From Mobula birostris (Eukaryota), in NCBI RefSeq assembly GCF_030028105.1, contig NC_092376.1:160982212-161046211 (forward strand): a DNA stretch of 64,000 nucleotides, in the 5' to 3' direction. How positions within the stretch are numbered: position 1 is the first letter of the stretch; every line of letters starts with the position of its first letter. Positions 37,563 to 51,726 of this stretch are shown here, piece after piece. The translations under genes were made by a program, and so were the position numbers. The notes under the pieces are model-generated. The model was not told the DNA's origin, ran no database searches, and saw nothing but the letters and a program-made list of their open reading frames with translations.

Positions 37563-40449
37563 AATGGAAGAGGAAAAGTAAAGTGCACACATCTGGGCAG
37601 CTGTGGCCAAAGATTTAGACTGTCACTTATTATTTAATCTCTAAACCAAGCAAGAAACTGGAGTTGAAAGGAGGCAATGCTACAACATGGATCCCTGATA
37701 ATGTGATCCATATTCCTGGATGGAAAGCAGCCTGCAGGGAAGAAAGGATTTCATTCTAACATGAGAAGGAATATCCAATAAGGAGGAAACTATTTTTGTC
37801 ATATTGGTTAAACAGAACTAGATGTCAAAGATAAATGGACTTTGATAGCAGCTAAAAGTGCACAAGTGGCTTCCTTCTGCGATGGCTGAGATTTCCTCCT
37901 TCTGCCTATTAACCAAAATAATGAATCATTTCACTGGTGCATGTAATTATACTGCTTTACCTCACCAAAGTTGATGGTAGGATCAGGAATCAGAAAGACC
38001 TCCAAGGTTATGAAGTCCTGTTGTGGCCCCAGTAACTGAGGTCAACAGGTTAAATGCATGTATGAGTACTGCTGGATACATACGTGACGAGAGGAAAGAT
38101 CAGAAGGGCATGTTGCAAACTGGGCTGAAGTAAATTAGGAGGGTGCAAAAACATAAAACCTGCAGGACTGGCTGAAAAGTCAGTCTAAATGCTGTAAATT
38201 TGCAGAAGAATGCAGAATACTGGTCTTTCTATAATTCTGTAGAACTAAAAAGCGGGAAATAAATCAGAACATGCAGAAGTCATCCCACCCATTGAACTAT
38301 ACTGTCAAGCTCAAGTGAAAACATCAAACTATATTTAAAGAGTTCACAACGAAAATATAATTTGTCCACATGCTGCTAAGAACCTGAGCTTACCTGATAT
38401 TCTCTCTATTCGTGTTTGGTTGCAGATCCAACTCAAGTTACACACGGGCCAATAGTCTCATTCTAGAACCATTCTTAACATCTGCAATGCAATAAAAAGA
38501 AAGGTTGTTTTATAGAGTCTACAGTTATCCTTTTATAAGGATTAGATATTAATTAATGAGAAAAATAGGGATGATTACCCATATACAAATCATTATTTAC
38601 ATTGTTGGGATCCTATAGAATCCTTCTCCACATTCCGACATCATGACAATTATTTTTGGCTGTGGTGGACCATGTCTAACAAGAAACTACTGCAGTCTTC
38701 AAATAGAAGACAGACTCATTTCCAAAAATTTCTTCTGCACATACAACTTGGTACCAAAAGGAAGCTCCAGACATAGATTTCCGACGTAGATAGTTCCTGA
38801 TAGGCTTCAGTTAGATCAGGATCAGTACTGCTGTTTGAATGCTCAATGAGCAAAGACATATCAGTGCTCATAAAGGCATCTGCGTGCCCTCATCGGTGAC
38901 ATGCAGCTCTGGAAAACAGCTGAGGGCCTGAGAATCAATTTTGTTCTGTGCAAGATACCTTACGGAGAAAATTACCAGAATCAGGATAGCCTTGGCAATA
39001 CATGGTAAAGTTCTAATGCTAGTTTGTGTGGCATGAATTCAGCATCTTTTGGAGTATGGTACTGGATCACTGTCAGGATTGCAAACCAAATCTCTGACAC
39101 CAAAGAAGTTTACTGATAGCAAGTAACATAAATAATGGCGATTGCTTTATGCTGGGGTCCAATGACCCAAAATTGGTTGGATTATAAACAACTTTCTGCC
39201 AGAGAAGCAGTAGTTTCTGTATCATACTTGCATACAGTTTGAGCATATCAGAGCAAGGTTTGATCAGAAAAAGAAAATTATGTTAATATTTCTGCAACTT
39301 TTCTATTTGATAGTTAATGATAATTGCAAGTTTAAGTCTTGTGAACGTAAACTTGCAATTCCTTGCAAGTGTGCAAGAGCTATCAAAAGCATTAAATGGA
39401 GTGAGTCTTCTTGATGCATTAACACTTACTGATGGAACATGCAAAGGGAATGCACCTTAAAGAGATGCACATGTTTCGTATTGGGAGGATTATTCAATAA
39501 AAATTCAACAAGTCCAATTTGAAAGTCAACTTTAAAATTATCATTGATAATTGATTACTGAACACTGAATCACTATTAAAAAGAGATGTTCTGGAAATAC
39601 TCTAAGTTAGATGGCATGAACAAAAGCTGAAACACTTAACATTTCAAGTTGAGGACTTTCCCTGAAAGAATCTTAAATGTTAACATTACGACTAGATCTC
39701 CTGAGGTCTTCTCTTCAGTATTTATTGTTTTACTTCAGACTTACAATTTCCATAGATTTGTGATTTTCATGTGGTTGTCGTTTTCATAAATAGTGTGTGG
39801 TTTATGGTGGATAGTGAAAAAAACATATCATACTGATATTAATACGATAAATCAAATCAAAATAGCAATTCAAATTTACTGGGTACTTCTTTAAATCTCG
39901 TAACATCAGTTCCCCAAACAAAGTCATATCAGGTTACCCAATCTCTGAAGAAACCTGAAATATGACTATGAAGGATTAAGAGGGTGATTTCAGTTTCTTT
40001 CTGTCAATAGCTACACTAACTCTCACGGAAAGGCTGATTATTTGAAACAATTTCCATGTAGATAAGGGCTGATATTTACAATAGTACATTTAACTGGACA
40101 CATGGATTAATTTTCTCTGGATATAGCAGCATTTCTCTGCAGCTCTAATCAGCCAAAAAGCTCAGATGTTAAAAGTCTGATCTCTGCTAACATTTACCGA
40201 CAAGGACACATTGGCACAATGTGTCATTCAATTAAGTTGATGGTCTACAACATTGCAAGAGTATTTAATAAATAAATTAATCCACCAGCATACATTTATT
40301 GACAGGCGATCTTGCTTCTTGGGTGGAACTGTGTGCACCAATATGAGTAAGATCAGACTGAACTCTCTCAGTAAAAAAATGTTAATATCAGGTCTATCCA
40401 TTCTGTCCTTTTTGCCTGTGTCATTACAGAGGATATTCAGCTAAAGTTG

Positions 40450-40600
40450 AAGACAAAAGAGATGGCAGGTGCTCAAATTTCTGGAATAAGCAAAACACTG
40501 GACTGATGCAGGGTCTCGACCTGAAATACCTTTTGCCTCCACAGATGCCACTTGACCCGCTGAGTTCTTCCAGTATTCTGTGTTTGATTGCAGCTGCAGT
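40450..40600 (+). mobile_element. Old PLE terminal remnant
   Basis: CTGATGCAGGGTCTCGACCTGAAA...GACCCGCTGAGTTCTTCCAG. Confidence 0.55.
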
Positions 40601-41234
40601 TCACCATGTGTTATATGACAATCAATTTCCCAGACAAAGTGAATTTACTTCCATCATACTTTCGAAGCTAGGACACTTGTGGCTCTATTCAAAATTTCAC
40701 AGAAGGCATAGCTGTCTGTATTTGGATATGGTATGACCTGGATGGCTGACAGATGGCAATGAATGTTTCTGATAAACAAGTGGTCACCTTCAGCAAGAAT
40801 AAAGTCTACCGCCTCCCTCTGACATTCAATCATTGACATATGTCTTCCATGTGTATCTTCCACAATTACTGTTCTAGAACAGTAACTCAAATGGGTCAGC
40901 TGTATGTGTGTATACAGATAGATATAGACAGATATAAATAGGTAGATAGATGTAGAAAGAAAAGCTTAGAGTGTGGATATTCTGTGCTGAAATACTCATC
41001 TGACTTCCCATTGCATTTCACTGTCTGCAAGTCACAAATCAAAAGCATAATGGAATATCTATTTGTCTGCATAACAACATTCAAAGCATCCCACTTGATT
41101 GACACATTGGTCATGTGAGAATTTACACTCTCCAAGCTGAAAAAATTATAAAATATAAAATGATACAAATGGAGGAATTAAAGGAAATCAGTATTTGAAG
41201 AATTCAAAGTTGAGGTAATTCTCCAGGGTTTGAT

Positions 41235-42710
41235 CATCTGAGATCCAGAGTAAAGCAGCGTTTATTGTCATTTGCAGAAGTACAAGTATGTACTGATGCA
41301 ATGACAAACTTTCTTACAGTAGCATCCACAAGAAAGCAAAAATTAAATATAAAATATACACAACTTTTACAAGAAAGAAAATGGAACAAAACAAGTCCCT
41401 TTTAGTGCAGTGATCAAATAGTTACAATGTTGATAAACTGTAGTGATAGGGTTTTGCCAAATGGTTCAAGAACCCAGTGGTTGAAGGGTAGTAGTCTTCC
41501 TGAACACGATGGTGTTGTACTTTAGACTTCTGTACTTCCTACCCCATGGTAGCTGCAAAAGGATGGTATGGTCCAGATGATAGGGATCTTTCATGACAAA
41601 TATTTCATCCTTGAGACAGTGCCTCCTGTAGATACTATGAATGGTGAGCAGGGACGTACCCATGATATATTGGGCTGAGAACACCATTCTCTGCTGCTTT
41701 TTATATTCATTTGTATTTGAATCGCAATGCCATACTATAATGCAACTAGTCAGGATACTTACAACAGTATATCTGTAGAAGTTTGAGTGGTTGGTTACAA
41801 GCCAAAATTCCTTAGCCTTCTAAGAAAGTTAAGACACCAGTGTGCCTTCCTTGTGATAGCATCTACATGCCGGCCAAGGACAAGTCATCCAATATGTTAA
41901 CGCCATGAATTTGAAGCTGCAGACTCTCTGCTGCTGACCCATTAATGTAGACTGGTGCACGTTCACAATCCTTTGTCTTCCTGAAGTCAACAATCCCCTC
42001 TTTCATTTTATAGATGTTGAAGTGAGAGGTCACTGTTGCAACTTAACTCAACCAGGTGTTCTAGCTCCCTGCTATACACTGACTGAGACATTGACAAATC
42101 ACTAACTACGAACTGTCCAACAACAGCAGTGTCATCAGCAAATTTGAGGATGGGATTGAAATTGTGCTTAGCTACAATTATGTGAGAATAGAGAGTATGC
42201 ACACAGCCTTGAGGAGTGGAGAGCCAGAGAAATTGTGTCTGCTTTTAATCTGTTGAGGCAGTAGGCAATTGGAGTGGATGCAGATAATCTCCGAGACAGA
42301 AGTCGATTCACGCCATAAACCACCTCTCAAAGCACTTTATTACACTTGATGTTGATGTTAGTCACTGAAGCAGGTCGCCATGCTCTCTTGGGCACTGGTA
42401 AAACAGATGCCTTCGTGGGAACCTCAGACCACAGATCTGAGAGGTTGAATATGTCCCTCAATACCCCAACTAGTTGGTACATACAGATCTTTAGTATTCA
42501 GCCAGGAATGTCATCTGGACCAGCAGCAAGAGGATTCATTCTCTTGAAGTTTGCTTGGATATTGGCCTCAAGGACCCTAATTACAGGGTCATCTAGAGAC
42601 ATGGGGCTTGTGTGGGAGTGTTATAGTTCTCCCTATCAAAGGGTGCGTAAAAGTCTTTCAGGTCATCTGGGAGTGCAACTTATGTCACCTAAACTTACCT
42701 TGTAGTAAGT
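41235..42710 (-). mobile_element. Rex1/Babar-like fragment
   Basis: LKFADDTAVVG, WGRKYRSL, AAGPD remnants on the minus strand. Confidence 0.78.
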
Positions 42711-43267
42711 TATATTGTATAAGCTATTCCAGATCTGTCAAGCTGAGTATGAAACAAAGTAGTAATTAAAATATTGGATGGTTGTCATCCTTGACATTTC
42801 TATGGATTCTAGTACAGTTTTTAAAAAATGGAGGACAGGAAATAAAACTCCACTAGTTAAAAGAGGGAGTAGGAAAACAGGGAACTAGTAACCTGTTATA
42901 CTAACATGAATAATGGGGGAAATTTAAGGTCTATTACAAAGAATGTGGTAAGGGAACACAAAGGATAAAAACTATCAGCAGGATAAGACAAAATCAATGT
43001 GGACTGGTGACAGAGAATTGTGTTTGACAAGTAACTCTGGATTTTCTTTAAGGGTGTGAGTAGTAGATTAGATAGGAGAAAACATGAATGCACTGTACTT
43101 GGATCTACAGAAGGCTTTTGATAAAGTTCCACATGAGAGGTTTGTTTTCAAAGTTAGAGAAATTGGGGGCATATACTTGTATGTATTAAAATTAATTGAC
43201 AGGAAACAGTAGAAATAAACAGATTTTCTTCAAAGTGGTAGCTGATAAATTGTGATACTCTCAGGCA

Positions 43268-43420
43268 CAAGAGACTCTGCAGTTGCTACAACTCACACAA
43301 AATGCTGGAAGATCTCAGTGAGTCAGGCAGCATCTATGGTGTGGGATAAAAAGTCAAAGTTTCTTGCTGAGACCCTTCACCAGCACGGGAAAAGAAGGGG
43401 CATAAACAAGAATAAGAAGC
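43268..43420 (-). mobile_element. PLE terminal fragment
   Basis: ACACAAAATGCTGGAAGATCTCAG...GAGACCCTTCACCAG. Confidence 0.65.
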
Positions 43421-43497
43421 TGAATACTCTTATAATCAAGGCGTGGTCCACAGCTACTCATAATATGCATTAGCGATGAAGCAACCAAAGGTTATAC

Positions 43498-43695
43498 TCA
43501 CAAACAAGAGAAAATCTGTAGATGCTGCAGATCAGAGCAACACACACAAAATGCTGGAGAAACTCAGCAGGCTAGGCAGCATCTAGGAAAAGAATACAGT
43601 CGACATTTCAGGCCAAGACCCTTCAGCAGGACTGTACTCTTTTCCTAGATGCTGCCTGGCCTATTGAGTTCCTCTAGCATTTTGTGTGTGTTGCA
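43498..43695. mobile_element. Penelope-derived fold-back mini-element
   Basis: GCAACACACACAAAATGCTGGAGAAACTCAG / TGAGTTCCTCTAGCATTTTGTGTGTGTTGC arms; imperfect TSD CAAAGGTTATA / CAAAGGATACA. Confidence 0.8.
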
Positions 43696-44504
43696 CAAAG
43701 GATACATTTCTAGGATTGCCAACAATACAAAACTGGATGGGATTTTGAGTCGTGAAACAAAAGGGAAATATGCTTCAATGTGATTTAGACAATTTGAGTA
43801 ATTAGGCAAACTCATGGCTTATGCTGCATATTGTGCTAACAGTGAAGTGAAAAAAGCAGAGCAGTATTTAAATGGTAAAAAAATTAGGAAATGTTGATGA
43901 AAAAATTGTAGTGAAGTTAAACATGTGGGTGGACCAAGCTATTAAGATTGCAAATATTATGTTGGGCTTCATTGCAAGATGTCCTTGGCAAGAATACACT
44001 TGGAATGTCCAGGGGTGTTTTGGTCTCCCTACATGGGTAAAAATGTGTATACTTGCCACAACAGGACTGCAGACAGGGTTGCCATACTGATTCCAAAATG
44101 ATTGCATTAAGAGAGATTTGATTAACCAGACTTGTATACAGAATTCTGACAACTTAGAATACTAGATGGATGTGGATGGGATGTTTATCCAGGCTGCAGG
44201 GTCTTAAATGAGAGGCCACAATCTCAAGACGTGAGGTAAATCATTTAGAACTATCAGCAGGAATAAAATCTTCACACAGAGAGTGGAGAACCTGCAGAAT
44301 TCTCCGTCATTGAAAACAGTGGAGACCCTTGATGAATAAATAGATTAACTCTGGACATATATTGCATCAAAGGGAAAGGGGAGAAGATGAGAATATGAAA
44401 TTGAGGGAGCAGCTCAGATAGTATTGATTGGCTTCACAAGGTCAAATGACATATTTTTGTTCTATTTTCCTAAGTTTCTTATTTTTTTAAAACCAGGGAT
44501 AAAG

Positions 44505-47075
44505 TCATAGAACACTACAGCACAGAAACAGGTCCTTCATCCTCTCTAGTCTGTGCCAAATCATTATTCTGCCCAGGCTTATCAGCCTGCAACCAGACCA
44601 AAGCCCTCCATACCCATCCCATCCACGTACTTATCGAAACTTGACTTACATGCTGAAATAAAACCTGCATCCACCACTTCCTTTGGCAGCTCATACCACA
44701 CTTGCACCACCCTCAGCACGAAGAAGTTCCCCCTCACGTTCCCTTTAGATATTTCACCTTTCACACTTAACCTATGAGTTCTATTTCTAGTTTCATCCAA
44801 CCTCAGTGGGAAAAATGCCTACACGCATATGGATACTCTCATAATTGTGTGTACTTTGTCAAATCTCTCTGCGTTCTACTGCACTCCAAGGAATAAAGTC
44901 TCAATCTATTCAAACTTTCCCTATAACCCTCATCCTCAAGTACTGACAACATCCTTGTAAATCTTCTCTGTACTCTTTCAATCTTATTGATACCGTAGTT
45001 AGGTTGATAACAAAGGCAAAATCTGTAACCTCCTCATCAAATTCTATTTATCAATATTTTACAAAACTGTTATCACAGAGATCAAAATCTAAGAATTAAT
45101 TACATCATAACAGTGTGCTATGTACCTCCTTCTTCTTCATAACCAGGGCTTCAAAATCCCTTTATAACCAAGTTTCCATAAACCTACTCTCTTTGCCTTT
45201 TATTCTGACAGGAACATACAAACTCTCTACTCTCAAAATTTCACATTTGAAGCCCTCCCAATTACCAAGTATACCTTAGGCAGAAAACAACCTGTCTCAA
45301 TCCATGCTTGCCGGATCCTATCTGATAACATTAAAATTTGCCTTTCTATAATTGAGAATCTCAAGCCAAGGACCAGACCCATCCTTTTCCATAATTCTCT
45401 TGAAACTCATGGCATTATGATCACTAAGTGCAAAATGTTCCTCTACACAAACTTCTGTTACCAGCCCGGTCTCATTCCCTATTAGGAGACCTAGTATTGT
45501 ACTCCCTCTAGTTGGGACTTCTTTGTATTGATTAAGGAAACTTTACTGAACACATTCAACAAATTCTTTCCCATCCAACCCTTTTACAGTATGGGAGTCC
45601 CAGTCAATATGTAGAAAGTCAAAATCACCTTCTTTCACCTTATATTGCTTGCGACAGTCTGTGAACTCTCTACAAACTTGTTCCTTTAACTCCTGCGGAC
45701 TACTGGCTGGTCTATAATATAATCCTTTTAACATGGTCATACTTTTCATATTCCTCAGTTCTAACCATAAAACCTCACGAGGTGAGCTCCCCAGTCTGTC
45801 CTGACTCACATTACTAGCAATGCCACCCATCCCTCTTTAAGCCCTCCCACTCTATCATGTGGAAAGCAATGGAACTGCAGAACACTGAGCTGCCAAGTCC
45901 TGTCCCTCCTGCAGTCAATTCTCACCAATGGCTACAATGCCGTAATTCCATGTACTGATTCATGCCCGGAGCTCATTCACTTTCCCAACACTACTCCTTG
46001 CGTAGAAATATGTACAGCTCAGAACAATACTCCCTCCATGCTCAACTTATGATTCCTGACACTTGTATGTCAGTTTAACAACATCTTTCTCCACTACCAC
46101 TCCACTGTCAAAACCTGCACTCTGGTTCCCAGCCCCCCGTAACTCTAGTTTAACCCCCCACACCCCCATGCAGACCTGACAAACCTTCCCACCGGGGTAT
46201 TAGGCCCCTTCCAGTTCAGACGCAACACTGTCCCTTTTGTACAGGTTCCACCTTCCCAGGAAGAGCCGCAATGCTTCAAAAATCTTAAGCCCTCCCTCCT
46301 GCACCAACTCCTTAGTCATAAGTTAAACTGTGAGATATTCCTATTTCTAGTCTCACTAGCACATGGTGCTGGTAGCAATCCCGAGATCACAACCCTGGAA
46401 GTTGCAGCCTAAGTCCTTTAACTTAGCACATAGCTCCCTAAACTCACTTTGCAGGATCTTGTCACCCATCTACCCATGACTTTGGTACCTATGTGGACCA
46501 CGACCTCCGGCTACTCACTCTCCCATTTAAGAATTCTGTAGACTCTATCCGAGATGTCCCAGGAGGCAACAAACCATCTGAGAATCTCTTTCTCGTCCAC
46601 AGATCTCTTTTCTGATGCCCTAACCAATGAGTCCCCTATCACTACAGCTGACCTCTTCTTACCCTTGCCCCTCTGAGCCACAGAGCCAGCCTCATTACCA
46701 GAGACCTGATCACTTCGTGTTTCCTCTGCGAGCTCATTCTCCAACCCTGCTGTCCCCCCCATCAGTATCCAATGTGGTATACCTGTTGTATAAGGGAATG
46801 GCTACCTCACCTCGTTCTCCCTCATGACAGTCACCTGGTTACTTCAGTCCACCACCTTGGATACCTCCCTGCACTACAGTGTGTCTTGCCCATCTACCCC
46901 TCAGTCTGCTGAATGATCCAGAGTTCATCCATTTCCAGCTTCAATTCCTTAACACTGTCTGTCAGAAGCTGTAGCTAATGCACTTCCTGCAGGTGTAGTC
47001 GTCAAGGACACTGGAGGTCTCCCTGCCTTCCCACATCCTGTAAGAGGAACCTTCCAATATTGTGACTGGCATACC
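44505..47075 (-). mobile_element. CR1 retaining ORF1, endonuclease and 3' end but lacking most of RT
   Basis: ORF1 remnants MWEGRETSSVLDDYTCRKC and AVVIGDSLVR (SGNH/GDSL esterase-like); WLELRN...YYRP...GDFD endonuclease; 3' end 44505-44995. Confidence 0.85.
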
Positions 47076-47428
47076 CACTGCTCTAAATGTGGAATAAGAA
47101 AGAAGTAAAGAATAAATAACAAAAATAGTGGGACAAGCAGCCAATTGAACGCGAGTACCCGGGGGTCCTCAGAGGGTCTGTATCGAGAAGCTTGAAAACA
47201 GATCTGGAAGCCATGTGGCACAAGATGGCAGTGAAGATACATTCCCAGGAAGGTTTCGTGGGTGCGGCAGTGGGTCTGGGTGAGCACATGGCCAAAGAGT
47301 CAGAGGGCAGCAGAGATCACAGTGGGGGAGTAGTGAGAGACAGTATCACTGAAGTCATGCCAAAATAAAGATTTAAACTTCTTCCAGCACAGGCATCCCT
47401 CAGAGAGACTTTGCAGTGTGTAGTAGAA

Positions 47429-47648
47429 TCACAAACATGAGAAGATCTGCAGATGCAGGAAATCCAAAGCATTGCACGCAAAACGCTGGAGGAACTCAGC
47501 AGGCCAGGCAGTCCCGATAAAGGGCCTCGGCCGGAAATGTCAACTGTTTGGTCTTTTCCAAGATGCTGCCTGGTCTGCTGAGTTCCTCCAGCATTTTCAG
47601 CATGTTACTTTGGATTTCCAGCATCTGAAGATGTTCTCATGTCTGTGA
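47429..47648. mobile_element. Penelope-derived fold-back mini-element with two complete termini
   Basis: TCACAAACATGAGAAGATCTGCAGATGC ... GCATCTGAAGATGTTCTCATGTCTGTGA; central decayed hammerhead CCGATAAAGGGCCTCGGCCGGAAATGTC; no clear TSD. Confidence 0.8.
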
Positions 47649-50635
47649 TAGCATGGTGGCTCAAGAATGCAACTATGTACTCCTACGCAAGGTGAATTAT
47701 GGATGGGGATTTCGATGTTGGCTATGCCACTGAAATCATGAGTAGTTTGAAAAAAAAATAAGCACATAACTTTTGTGCCTCTATAAATTACTGCACCATA
47801 CTGTAACACTATTTGCATTGCAAGCCTTTGGATAGAACAGTTCATCTCTATTTACTCCATTTCTGAGACATGTTTAAACAAATTGGCACAGCACTGATTA
47901 ATATCTCATGTGAAAGGATGAAGCAGATTTGCAGCTGAATTAGTTTTAAAGAAAAACATGCACCATTACAAATACAAATTTGGCTTGAAGCCATTAAAAA
48001 TCCAGGGCACAAAAATTAACTGCAAGATGTGATTTTTATTTCCACTTCTGAATGGACTGCATCTGGTTGTTGAAATATTAATCTCGACACTTAACTGATC
48101 ATTTGTCATTCTTTATTTGGACACTATTTTAAGAACAGATATTGAAATGCAAATTTATGAAAGTGCATGAGATAAAGACTGTTAAACTATGGTCTCTGTT
48201 TGCAAAGAAAAAGCACACCTGTGCCTGTGAAATATCAGCTGTCAACATTACTCTTTCTACAATATCTTCATATCATTTTGCTTAATTAGTTTCCATATTT
48301 TGGATCCATGATCTCTCACTTCTCTCTGGACCATTCCCCGGGTAATCTTATTTTAGCTTCCAATACATTGTCATGAAAAAGAAACAAGATATAACTTGCA
48401 TTCATATAGCTCCACTCGCAACTTCAGGTCACCTCAACTGCACTCTGCAGTCTGCGAATTATTTTTCAAGTGTGAAGTAGCAAACACAACAGATAACTTG
48501 CTCACAACAAATGCCCATAGTGATTAATGAAGACATAACTAAATAATTGGATACAAGTTGTATTGATGGGCCAATATTGGCCAAGATTGTGTGAGATTCT
48601 CTCCGATGTGCTTTGAAATAGGACATAAGTTCTGTTACATAAATCCAAGAGGGCGAATGTTCCCGAATGTTAGAATCTTATCTGAAAATTGATACCTTTG
48701 ATGGAGGAACACTCCCTTGATATTGTGTTGTAACTTGAATTAGATTAACTGCACCATGGTTGCTCTGTGTAACATCTACAGTATACACTGTGGCAATGCA
48801 TCATGGTATCCACCATAGTGAAGAGGATAAATACAGAAGATGCATACAAACTTCATTACTTCAAGATGCGTCCAAGTTACACACAATCCCAAAAGAAAAA
48901 TACGAGAAGCGCTTTTCTTTCATCATCAGTAGACCAAAATCTGAGCATTCTTTACAGAACAGCACAAAGCAATGAATCAAGGTCCAATAAAAGAAGAGAG
49001 CCCGCCAGTCATGCATGTTTAGCACAGTAAGCCTAGGATGAACCTCCAGAGAATTTTTGTTTACATTTAATAAAAAAAAATCCAATTTGTGTGACAGGGA
49101 AGAAGGATTTCTTAGAAGATAGAGGTTTGCCATCAGTACATACAAGAAAAGGTGGTCAGGGGCTTCAAAGTCCAAGAAGATTAACACTGGTGGGAGTATG
49201 AAATTACCAAACCACAAACTTAACATCTTCAATTATACATGTGAAAAGAAGAATTGGAATAGAAATCTCTGGCAGAGAAGTGTTGTGGAGGATGTCATAT
49301 TTGCCAAAGGATGCAGGATTGAAGTTATGACTTGGCGTACAAAACACAATTTTTATTTTTGCTTGCAGTGTGAAGGGGTTCTGGCAGACAGTGCAGGGAA
49401 CAGTAAACATGGATGTATTATAGAATTGACAACACTACATTCAGTAAGATATTAGAGTACCCCCTCAAAATAAAGATGATCAAACTTGAGTCTTTCAGCT
49501 CTGCTCTTTGACTTTCCAATTCTGATTAATTACATCAATTTGTATTTTGATGTGAGGTTTACTGCATATTTCAAATGATACATTTTCATTGATTCTGAAA
49601 TATAATAAAGTATGTTCCACTCCCTGTTCTGTCAGTGGCTGCAAATGTCTAACTGTATATCTACTGTACTTGTACTGCATAAGTTTAATTTGTTATTGCA
49701 AAATTTAAGTAGCCACAGCTGTCACCAATCTCACTTGCCGTGTGCCTGAAAACTAAGACTCCACTGTTGATCCTTGCACACATGGGATACTGTGTTGACT
49801 CAGAGAATGGTATTCTGCTGTTCACGAGCCATCGACTGCTTAATCGTACAGTATATAGAGGAGATTCAGTCATATCCCACTACAATTACAAAATTAAACC
49901 TTGCTTTCCTGCAATCACTTCAATCATTTTCACAATTATGCTCATTGATGCCTTGTGCAACAAAGATGTCAATATACTAGGATCTGATTTTTCAATTATA
50001 TTTTTATTGTATCCCACCCTTCATTTCCCCAGCTAATTTATGAAGACTAAGGTGCTGTCATAAACATTGAGGCATAGAAGAGATGGTTATTTCACACATT
50101 GTCTATTTCCCTTTAAATTTAAATCCATCTCAAACCTATGGGTTTGAACTTTCCCTCTATAATAGTCTCAAAAATCCAATGTAAAATTCCCATTGTGGTG
50201 CTTTGGATGAAGCCAATTTGCTTTCCTTGAACTTATGTACGTGTGTCCATGATATCAATTCTGCCACACACTGTGGATATAATTATATTTGGTTCATTTC
50301 CAAACCAATTGTCAGCTCAATAAGGTTGCTTAACTTAGAAATGGTACAAAACTCTTAATTTCAGGAAAACGGTTTTATTCTTCTGCTTGTTAATGACCTC
50401 TGTATTACTCTCCAACTGAATTTCTGGTTACAAAGTTCATAAGTTTGTATTTTAAAAAGACAATTGTAGTCCAAAATTAAAAATAAAAACAGTAAAAAAA
50501 AAGCAATTTAAAAAGAAGCATGTCAAAGAAAATGCACGAGAGGTGAGAACTTGTAGCAGGTTGTAATATAGGACCATGCTGCAGCAACACAATGTGAGTG
50601 AGTGAGGAAGAGACAGTCACAGAGAAGGGGAGGAT

Positions 50636-50684
50636 GAGAGAGAAAGAAAGGGGAGAGAGAAAGAAAGGGGAGAGAGAAAGAAAG

Positions 50685-50725
<41 letters not shown>

Positions 50726-50762
50726 GAAGAGTGAGACAAGGGTGGGAGACAGAAAGAGAGAG
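50636..50762 (+). repeat. GA-rich compound microsatellite
   Basis: About 3 copies of GAGAGAAAGAAAGGGG followed by pure (GA)n at 50687-50722. Confidence 0.9.
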
Positions 50763-51726
50763 CACAATCTATGTTTACACTGAGCCAATGTCATTCTGCC
50801 TTACTTTAATATCAATATGATTTTTGATCAAAATTTTAATTATCCGATAAGAAACAATAGCAAAAAAAAGTTACAATTACTCCAACACATTGAAACTGTT
50901 GGTAAATATTTTACAAATGTGATGAGGATTTTTCACCTTTTTCACCTTCTCTTATTATTTCTTTTTCTTATTATCCAGTGAGCATTCAGAAGGCACCCTA
51001 ACCATTGACCAAGGTGGAAGAGTATTGAATATATCACTGTCATTTTGGCAATAGATCCATTGGGAACCCATAGTGGCCAGTTATTCCATATCAGCAGATG
51101 CTGGATTTCCATCTAGAATGTTGAAATCCAGAACTCCAGAGTTAGCACTGGATACACCATTTGCATCTGGCTCTGAACTTCACACCAAACATCAACCTGA
51201 CCTGTTTAACTGACCTTCTGGGAAAAAGATAAACACTCATGGTTTGACTTGATATCATGTTTTTCACAACCTTAATGAGAAACAATATTTTAAATGATCA
51301 AATTCTGTTTGAATCATTTTCAAATGATATTTGTAGGTGTTTTAAAGCCTTTGGCCACTTTCATAGGCTGTCAGATCATTTTGGAGCAGAGACTTAGGAT
51401 ACATCTCCTGAACTCTACTCAATTATCAATGGTTCCTCTACCTCAGAAGACATTTCTCAATTTTGGATTGGTTAGCTCATTTGGCAGCACGCATCTGGAA
51501 AAAGTCATGCATCTGTGGGCAGTTAGTCTAGGTAGTGGACTAATGTGCAACTACAGAGTTACATGCATAGCAGACTGGAAACAATGCATAATTACTTAGA
51601 ATTTTAGATTGCAAAAATCTGAATGAGCTGGCCGCAGCTGTTTCTTTGAAACTTAAAGGATATATGCTCAATTCTGCTGGCCAGTACCAGAAACCTGCAA
51701 GAAAATAAACCTCAAGGTAATATATA

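Larger units (their letters stand above)
42760..44480 (+). mobile_element. Old CR1 remnant with two PLE inserts
   Basis: [12 protein letters not shown]-like AAGGCTTTTGATAAAGTTCCACAT; ANIMLGFIAR; FTQRV; decayed 3' end. Confidence 0.65.

Noticed and set aside
47429-47648. DNA-transposon MITE interpretation of the fold-back elements
   Set aside because: The arms match PLE terminal repeats, arm lengths are often unequal, and TSDs in sister copies are 13-15 bp like the coding PLE copies.
50477-50794. ORFs with SLSLSL or RERERE peptides
   Set aside because: Translations of the GA microsatellite.
50980-51235. Minus-strand exon after a TTTTCCCAG acceptor
   Set aside because: All three frames close quickly; no homology recognised.
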